Assembly: GCA_043381765.1 (NCBI GenBank)
Contig: JBHJMP010000708.1
Location: 1-39,859, forward strand
DNA from: Collodictyon triciliatum
Taxonomy: Eukaryota
DNA length: 39,859 bases
Direction: 5' to 3'
Below the pieces are notes generated by a model. The model was not told where the DNA came from. It searched no databases and worked only from the letters and a program-made list of their open reading frames with translations. Shown here in pieces: positions 31,340 to 39,859 of this stretch. A program made the position numbers and the translations under genes. Numbering within the stretch: the first letter of the stretch is position 1; each line of letters opens with the position of its first letter.

Positions 31340-32520
31340 CAGCATGGACGCCACTACGAAACGCAAACACTGTCTCATGCAGCCGGCTTTCTGTGAACTC
31401 CATCAGATTGAATACTCTGTTCACCAATGCCCTCGTTCGTTTCAGCGTGAGATACCACGCATCTTTCCAGACCAGGCCCACATGGTAGGTCGCTGCCTCG
31501 CCCATGAGAAGCTTTTTTTTTTAATAACAGATACCTCCTTTCGACTCACAAGTTATCTTGCTGACAGGCCAATCAGTTTCTTATTATTCCGACCTTCCAG
31601 CCAAGTTCGTGTGACCTGGTAAAGTTTGGACCGGAGCCCGATTCTGAAAAGGATCGCCTTCTCCATAGTGTATGATTTTCTTATATATATTATTATTATT
31701 AGGAAAAAATTATTAATATTATTGTCATTATTGCCAGTATTATTATCATCTTTACCAGTTTATATCTACTCTTGAAAATTTTCTTTTTTTCCTTTCATCG
31801 ATATGACCCGATGCATATGAATGTCTGAGAAGCTGCGCTACAGTTTTTCAGGTGGTCTTCTATCATCTGCGGCAAGATAAGAGAGTCTGGATTTTGGGCG
31901 GATGTGACCGACCCTTGCACCGGATTTCCTGTAGTGATTCTTTTTTCTACAAACCTTGCACATCCGATGAAATCATCTGTTTTATTCGTCTGACTTTATA
32001 TTTTGTCGGTCACCCTCATCCAACTTTGTGGAAATGATGCCCTCTTCTTATTTACAGCTTGAATCTGCCCATGGGTCTATATTATACAGCGATGTGGATG
32101 GTGGCGAACTCCTACTGGGCTACTGTGTTGATGAAGTAACAAAAAAAATTTTTTGATAATCATCAATCTATCTGCGGATGCCGATGCTTCTCTCACTTAA
32201 AAAAAAATAATCAGTGATTCCTTCTTTTCTCCAGTCATGTGGGTGTCGAATCATATCCCATCCAAGGTGGCAGACAGCCGTTTACCCTGCTACACTCTTC
32301 ACCACGGCCCCTTTCTCTTTGGTGGAACGCGTCTTAAAGTCAAGCACCGACTCCTGACATGGGGGACGTATTATCCTCCTTTTCACTTTCATTCTTCACT
32401 CTCCCGTAAGTTTGTTTGAGCGGGCACATGCTCTGTGTCTTGCATACGTAGGTTTGCTAGTGTGCTGAACAAACTCATTGAAGGGCAGATACCCAAGTGG
32501 ATGTGTTTACATTACAGCCA
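31340..32520 (-). mobile_element. Possible second decayed non-LTR retrotransposon remnant, broken by AT-rich inserts
   Basis: Fragments KGG*YVPHVRSRCLTLR (about 32380), EIRCKGRSHPPKIQTLL (about 31920) and VWKDAWYLTL...VNRVFN (about 31470), in L1 C-terminal motif order, with many stops. Confidence 0.35.
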
Positions 32521-32826
32521 CATATAAATAATAGATAAATCATATGGAGTGTATCTTTTCATGAATTTATTTTTAGAGTGTAAGGACCGATCCATTTAAT
32601 AGAACAAATCAATTTTCTTATTCAAGGCATTTGTTTTCAAGTTGTATGGGGGTGATACATATCAGAGGATACCCTCAAATCTCATACCAATTGCTCACTA
32701 AAGGAAAATGGTGCTTATCTTGAATCATTCATGTTACGTATCAAAAGAATATTTAAGCGATTGTGATTCGTCACATCAACGTCTCGCCCTTGTTTATTTT
32801 GGTATTTGTTTGTCGCAAAAGTGAGA

Positions 32827-33681
32827 CTAAAATCCGAGGCCGGTGAGCCAAAACTTAATCGGGCGCGAGTGGAGTCCTGTTATGACCAAAGCTCCGATCT
32901 TCTTTGTGACCTCAACTGGGCCGATGGCCTTATGCATCTCTGATATAAAAGCCTATTTACGAGGAGAAGCGGTTAGGCCAATCTTCTTTCTTTTTTTTTT
33001 CTTCCTTTTGATGTCATCGCTTATGATAATCTTTATCAATATGACTACATGACATAGCACGGGCTAACATGAGAAAGTGGTTTTGGTTAAGGTTGATGGG
33101 CAACAATTAATCATGCAACGATCCACGCTTGGTCAGGGATGTACACACAAGCAAAAGGGACAAAGTGCTTTTCTTTAAAAAGAAAAAAAAAACATAATGA
33201 TCCAAAAAAATATGGTATTAAAGGAGATAATCACATCGACATCCCCAGAAATCCTGCGAATAACCGTCAGTCGTCGAGTTCCTCCGTTCCTTAAATCATC
33301 GAAACATGATTGAGAGGGTATTTGCATATTGCAAGGGGAATTGAGAAAGTTTACAGAAGGATGCCGAGTGGAATGGGCCAAGAGGAAAAAAAAGAAGCTG
33401 AACTTTTTTTGACTCATACAACTATTTCACTTTGAATCTAAGACCCAGGGCCTCAGTCTTACGTAACTTAAGACAAACCTGTACTCCGTGTATATAGGGA
33501 GACCCTTGCCGTAGACAGTTCGGGAGATGTGAAAGGGATACGAGTGTGGATTCTCTTGCAACGGGAAAACTTTCTTCTGGACTGGGAGTGGTTCGATAGT
33601 AGGCCCTGTTCCGACGAAGCGAAGGCCTTGGGTCTGGCAGAGCTGCTGTGTGAGTGTCCTTGTGAAACGCTGAAGGGCCAT
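32827..33681 (-). CDS. MRPL49: Mitochondrial large-subunit ribosomal protein mL49 (Img2)
   Basis: Exons 33681-33479, 33289-33235 and 32952-32827 give an Arg-rich presequence MALQRFTRTL, then YPFHISRTVYGKGLPIYTEYRNGGTRRLTVIRRISGDVDAF...GLHSRPIKFWLTGLGF*. Confidence 0.92.
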
Positions 33682-33959
33682 TTTTCGCTCCTTTGAGTCC
33701 TTGAAATGAATTCGAAGGAAACGTGTTTCAGTAATCTTGGATAACTTGAGCCGCACATGTCATACATAACTCTCCTGGTATGCGACTCCAAGGCTGTGCC
33801 AACAAAGTTTCTCTCGCTTGATCTTGTTCTTTTAGTAGCCCAATCATCTTTTTCGCTGGCCAAAGCTGATTAATCTTGTGGATGTGGTTTCTATTTTCTT
33901 AATGTGGGATTTATAATATCCCTTTGCAATCAGAAGAATGGCTGGGCTATGTGAATATC

Positions 33960-35737
33960 TAAGCAAGATTTTTAATAAAATATCGAATAATAACGAATAT
34001 TTCAGCAAAGGAAAGGATGATGGTCTTTCGGGTTCTAAATGACAACGCATCCTTATCTGCAGAGCCATATGAAAGAAGAAAAACAACTAAATCTAAGGTT
34101 GGCACAGGGTCGATAATCACCTGCAAAAAAGTAGTGATAGCAACACTTCGGTCTTTGGACTAATTTATACTGTCGTAAGTTTATTGACATAGCTTGGTAG
34201 TCTCTGCTCTCATTCGAATTTACCTCCTCTTCGAGAACCACGGCCTCTTTGCCAGCGAGAGCCATCTTGCCTTCCCATGGGATAGCTTCTGGACTCTCTT
34301 TCTGTTTCTGTATTGGAATAAACTTTTCTGATTGTGTGGGTTGTCTCCCTGTTTGGGTCTCGCTTATGTGTGTCACCAGGCGCGTTTCGGTGGTATGGGC
34401 TGCTTCCTTGTCTCTGAAAGGGTCTTTTATCAGAGGATTTGGGCGGATATTTTCTTTCTCCAGAATGTGTGTTCTCTGTCCTCGTTCTTTCCTTGCTGAT
34501 TGATGGATACTATCTCAGTGGTTATGTTATAAAAGGGAAATATGAAATGCCTTTGGATTAACTGTATTTTGAACCATGTGAAAAATTCACATGTTGCTTC
34601 TTACCCCTCATAGCTGGGTTCTGGTAGCAGCAGCGTCGGTTTTTTGTCCATCAAAATATTGACGTCTTCATCGCTGTGGTCCTTCTTCAGGCACTCTGAG
34701 AGGTAATTGAAAGAGAAGACATGTAAGCTCTGTCAGATGGTCAAAGTCATATATTCACAAAGAGGAAAATATGACCCAATCAAAGGCGGAAATGAAGTAA
34801 TTTTGTTCATAAGCTATTGATACTTGATATCCAGAGAAATTACAATATGAGAAGACTTATTCAGTCCACCAACACCTTTTATTTGTATTCTTGTCCCTCC
34901 ATCATTTCCTTTTTCTGGGAGCTGATACAATGAATAAATCACCTGATGCGTGTTTTAGATCGAAAATCTTCCCAGAGAACGAGCGCTCCAAAACAGAAGC
35001 GTCTAGTTTAGGCTCGCCTACTTCACTTCTTTTTACAGGAACTAGTTGCTTCTTTGGTTTCTTTGGACTGAGGGCTTCTCTATGCCATGAGTTGCATATG
35101 ATATATATTTGTACATATAAAATATGCATCTCAAAAGCTGATGTCTTTTTTCTTTCGAGAAAGGCTAATTTAACAGCATGTGCTAAGGCAACCAAGCAAT
35201 AACCTGTCAAAAGAGAAAATGCTGTATCTCCAACCCCTGAAGAAGGGAGGTCTTCAAGTTTGGTAGTGTAATGAAATTACAAACTGAATTAGGTCGCTCT
35301 CCAGAAGCCTTGACATTTTCTGCTTTCGTGCGGGGTGGCCTGGGCTGTCGGCTGTCTTCGTTGCTGCTGATCCGATCTGTACCTGCTTTGTTTTCTGTTT
35401 CTCGGCTTGTTTTTGCGACGGCTCGCGTGTCACACTCCGAAAACAAGCTGCTGCCTCTTGGGAATATTTCTGGAATTTAAGTTGTAATATTTTATAATTA
35501 CTTATTATACTATAAAAATCTTTATATAGATATTTAATATGTATATGATAGTATCATATGTATAATTGTATTTTTGTAACGATTTTTCAGAATGTTTGAG
35601 TTTAAAATGAAACACCTGATTCTGGCCTGCTTTGCGCTGAGGTGGCTGTGATGATGATCAACTTTTCAAACTTGTAAGGGACACAGCAAGAAAAGCCACC
35701 TGCTTTGTGTCTGTATGTTGTTGAGACAGTTGCCCAT
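33960..35737 (-). CDS. Uncharacterised charged low-complexity protein, probable start MGNCL (exon structure and 3' end uncertain)
   Basis: Open hydrophilic segments bounded by GT/AG at about 35737-35700, 35460-35280, 35080-34870, 34700-34605 and 34500-34125. No family recognised. Confidence 0.5.
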
Positions 35738-36039
35738 TGGATTTTCTCTGGTGTTGTTAACTTCTTCTCGAACTAGTTTAACCTATTCCTCCTCCTATCA
35801 TGTGTCATCTTTTGCTACTTCGCCCTCGTGTGCCTTTCCAGCAGAATTTACTTTACCAAGCACATATCTTTTTTTTTTTTTTTTTTTTTACAGGAAGTCC
35901 AGAAAAATAAAATAAAAGGAACTAAGCAAAGAGGCTTAAAACCACCTGTCGACTGCCCTTCCACTCGTCTCCACAACCGAACCTCCGCCTGAACTTGAAG
36001 GAAACACCCGGCTCGCTACAACCGCAACCGGCCATCAAA

Positions 36040-39000
36040 ATGAGCACGTACTTTAGCAACGCAATCAGCCCTCCGACAAAGTTCACTCCAACAAGTCTTG
36101 CCTGGCACCCAACTATTCCTGTCTTGGCCTGCGCAACAAACGCAAACTCCATTTGCGTCTACTCGGAGGAGGTTTTTCTTCCCCTCCCTTACCAAAACGT
36201 AGATGTGCATATTTGTTTGTTGTATTTATTTTATCCTTTTAGTCGCCTTTTCTAGGCACACTTGCTGGTTATTCAAATCACTTGTTTGGCTTGAGAGAAG
36301 CTTTTAAATGATCTCTTCTAATTCAATAGGGTGATTACTTGGAGAATGAGAGCATTCAACGATCGGTACTTTGCACGGCTGCTGAATGGTCTCCTTCCAT
36401 CCGCACATTGGCGAGTGGATGGGAAGATGGTGAGTGTTTTTTTTTTTAATATATCTGCGTGATTCTTGGCTTTCTATTTCTTTTTGTTCTCGAATGAAGT
36501 ATAAGGATATCAATAAAAACTTGACCATATTAATCATTCGCAACAGGCGCCTTGGTTCTGATAAACGAACAAGAGAAGGTTAGACGTGAAGAGACGTTCC
36601 ACCGTTCTGCAATCACTACAATCGTATGGGCCCCTGATGGATGCACTCTAGTTGTTGGCGATAAGGTATATCTTCTCTTTCATTTACGTAAATTGCATTT
36701 TTTTTGGTAACATTAGGGCCAAAATGATATTGTAAATCCCACATTGATTAATTGAGGACTTTCCAAAAGAAAACAAACTCCCTGATTTATATGTCCTTTT
36801 ACAGGATGGAATTGTCACCGTTTGGCGAGTGGACTCCAAAATTCGACTCATCAGAATCAGCCAAATACCCATCAAAGGAGGGATTACACATATTGCTTGG
36901 CGATTCCGCTCTGGGTTTGTCGATAATTACCTCTTTTTTTTTTTTATCTCGTATTTTTTGGCAAGAAAAAAAAGCTCAACTCATGTGTCGATTGGTTTCA
37001 ACATCCATGAAACTAGATTGAATGGGTGCCCTCCTTTCTTTGTCGGAACTGCATCCGGATCCATTTACTATGCAGCGGACGATGGAAGATATATGGAAAT
37101 TACAAATTTGGCGTCATCTTTGGCTGCAGTATTGTATGAAGACAACAAAGATACTCTAGTTGTCCTGACAAAAGGATTGTACCTGCATACTTTTAAGGAA
37201 CTAGACGGTGAAAAATGGGAGCTGCAATCCAAGGTATCAAATTATATATTTTTTCATGGGAACGCATTTTTTTCAAGAGATAGATTCGTCAAAATAACCA
37301 CCAATCCTGTAGATGAAGCTTGGAGGAACCATCGACGCAAGTGGCAGTACCTGGGGTATTTGGGTCGGCCCTAATATTATGTGTACTTCATCCAATGAAT
37401 CCATGGTCAGGATTTGGCATTTCAGCACTGACTGCAATTACACCTTGAGCATTGGTATTTTTCTTTACTAGGGCTTTATTTTAAAAAAAAATAATACTCG
37501 AGGTGATTATATATTAGAAGGGAAATCTTTCGTTTTCTAATTTTGCTATACTCTGGTTGCAGCCAAGGAAGGAAAATCACAGGAAAAGGCCACATCCATA
37601 GCATTTTCCCAGCAACACCAAGTTCTTTCAGGTACTGGCTTGAAATTTCATGGCATTTAATGCTTCAACTCATTCATTTCTTTGTCTGAATAAAAAAAAA
37701 TTAAATACTTATGTCAATAAATGTATTACCTATGATTGGTAGTGGGGACAAACCAGGGCCGAGTGGTACTCTGGAAATTCATAGGCAAATATACAGCTGA
37801 GGATTCATCTGCACAGGATTGGATGGTAAATATCTGATTCGTTTATCTCCTTTTGGTTCAAATACATTATATCAGATCATTCTGACTTCTGTTTACCTAA
37901 TAAACCTTGTAATTTCATCAAGATAATACACGAATCTGGGACTACACCACAGGTCAATCTACTTTCAGCTGGTAAATATTCATCCTATATTTTTTTTGAG
38001 GCGAGCGACTTTTGATACAGACCTTGGACCAACCCTCTGCTGTAAATACTATTCGATAATGTAATCCTATACAATTTAAATCATAGGCAAAGCTCATTCT
38101 CTTGTTGCTGTTGGAAAACCAGAGGGTATTTCTATTATAAGGTATGATGATTATGCCTATATTTCCATGTACCCCACCCACAAGGCTGACTTTGTAAAAT
38201 ACAAGGTTCATCGTACATCCTTATTGTTAAGTCCTGATTTGTATAAATTGTGTTTGAATGTACCCAGTGAGCTGTGTATGCACCGCAAATTCAAGGAAAA
38301 AACAGCAGTATACCAACTCACACCTGATCGATTGTCTCTTGAGCAGTACGGAAAAGGGGTTCGGCGTCTCTTTATCTCGAAATTGTTCCATAGTGCTTTT
38401 GTTTCTGTATATGTTCTCTTTTTCGTACGAAATTTATTTCATGATAAACTCGCCATACTTTTTTTTTCTTTTTTCGATTTATAAACTCGTCATACTTTAA
38501 TATTCCCGGCATCTAAACTAATATCTATGATTTAGTCATCTGTCTTTGTAAAGTCAAACATCAGGGTCAAAGACCTTGATTTGACGAAAAAGAATATTGT
38601 GCTCTGGAACAACAAGGCTGTGGAAGTATTTGAAGTCAGCGAATGTAAATATCACTCATATTAATAAATAATAAATTAATAAATAAAACTGAAGTCCATC
38701 GATATTTCGAGATGCTTTTCGGACACCAAACCATGCTTTTGATTGGATAAATTAGCGGGAGATGTCCGCCAAATCAGCACATTCTCGAGCACTCCTTTAT
38801 CGATAGGATTAGGACAAACTTCATTGTTTATCATATCAGGCACTAATTCTGTGGACGTGTGCAATTTTCAGGGTAAGAAATGGATTTTAGTGGGAGATAC
38901 ATTCAATACTGCATTTAGTAACCACATGATTCATTACTAGGAACTGTGAAAGAAAGGATTACTTTTTCCGAAAATGAAGGAGACCCGTACCTTTGTGACA

Positions 39001-39618
39001 TCAACGGCGAGTTCCTTGCTATTGTATGTGTTATTATTATTTTATTATTATTCTTTCGATTTTGTACAGGGTGGTGGGGATGTTTGCTTTTGCTGTTGTA
39101 TGTGTTCAATCTCCATTTGAGTCTTGCATTTTCGTATTCATATATTCTTGAGAAGCGCTGTCTGCGGTCTCCTATATCGATATTTTTATATATAAAAATG
39201 TTCATTTTATATGTTTAACAGGCTACGAAGAAAGGCTATGTGCGTGTGTATAAGATAAGTTCTCGTGATCCAAAGCAGCTCGGTACTACACGCCATTTTC
39301 TCCCCTCAGGGTAGTTTATTTGTCCAAAGCAGCTCGGTACTACACGCCATTTTCTCCCCTCAGGGTAGTTTATTTGTCTTATTGCTTCCTCGTTCGTTTC
39401 TTTGCTTATCTTTGAAAATCACGACCTGGCTGAATCTTTGCAGCCCCTTTTAAAATAGCTCTATGGCCTATGTCGAGTAAGGAATACCATTATTATTCAG
39501 ATAATCGTTGAACTTATTTGCTTATTTAACTTTTACGCACTCTAGTGATGAATACAGAAGAGATATCACTTCCATTCGCTGTAATGCAGATGGTACACGA
39601 GTCAGCATAATGGCTAAC
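36040..39618 (+). CDS. IFT140: Intraflagellar transport protein 140 (IFT-A), N-terminal WD40 part; continues beyond the window
   Basis: MSTYF...SLAWHPTIPVLACA...YSEEG...WSPSIRTLASGWEDG...HRSAITTIVWAPDGCTLVVGDKDGIVTVW...NFQGTVKERITFSENEGDP...SIRCNADGTRVSI, colinear with recalled IFT140 sequence. Confidence 0.92.
39269..39378 (+). repeat. Perfect 54-bp tandem duplication of an IFT140 exon end plus splice donor
   Basis: 39269-39322 is repeated exactly at 39323-39376. Confidence 0.95.
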
Positions 39619-39749
39619 GTATATGTTGGAAGTATGGTTTCTCTTCAACGATTTATTTGATGTATTGAGTACACTGATATTAGTCCGCCTTTATTTCACA
39701 CTGAAATTTTCTCCTTAATCATTATTTTTTTAACAGAGATAAAATATTG

Positions 39750-39859
39750 TTACTCTTTTACTCTTTTACTCTTTTACTCTTTTACTCTTTTACTCTTTTA
39801 CTCTTTTACTCTTTTACTCTTTTACTCTTTTACTCTTTTACTCTTTTACTCTTTTACTC
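39750..39859. repeat. (TTACTCTT)n 8-bp tandem repeat running to the window end
   Basis: Directly visible. Confidence 0.96.

Noticed and set aside
36015-36028. X-box-like GCTACAACCGCAAC before IFT140
   Set aside because: Too many mismatches to the RFX consensus, and RFX presence in this organism is unknown.
35945-36035. Minus-strand ATG only 4 bp from the IFT140 ATG that could splice in frame to the orphan gene
   Set aside because: It would need fully overlapping leaders. The downstream MGNCL start is more plausible, though this is not formally excluded.
39750-39859. Possible telomeric repeat at the window end
   Set aside because: It lies within an IFT140 intron, with the gene incomplete, and lacks a G-rich telomere-type unit.

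Overview
Intron-rich genomic DNA from an AT-rich eukaryote. It is probably an aerobic, flagellated protist, since it has IFT140 and a mitochondrial ribosomal protein. It uses the standard genetic code and has many intronic microsatellites plus two assembly gaps. Exons were joined by hand and give, in order: a 5'-incomplete DBH/MOXD1-like copper monooxygenase (+), cytoplasmic poly(A)-binding protein (-), Vps34 class III PI3K (+, 22 exons), an unknown coiled-coil protein (+), ITPA/HAM1 (+), a CorA/ALR1-type GMN metal transporter (-), an LRR-kinase-like-SAM protein (+), a decayed L1/Tx1-like non-LTR retrotransposon (-), mitochondrial ribosomal protein mL49 (-), an unknown MGNCL-start protein (-) and the 5' part of IFT140 (+). 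Five observations stand out. (1) The monooxygenase keeps its CuM ligands but appears to have replaced all three CuH histidines. (2) The LRR-kinase-SAM protein looks like a pseudokinase. (3) The LINE ends in AATAAA, a G-run and a short A tail, and 20-40 bp copies of just that end are scattered through the window, one with a perfect 16-bp target-site duplication. (4) AAG splice acceptors with A-rich upstream tracts are unusually frequent. (5) The PABP leader has an A-rich tract inside a small putative intron. All family calls come from recalled motifs; no database search was run.
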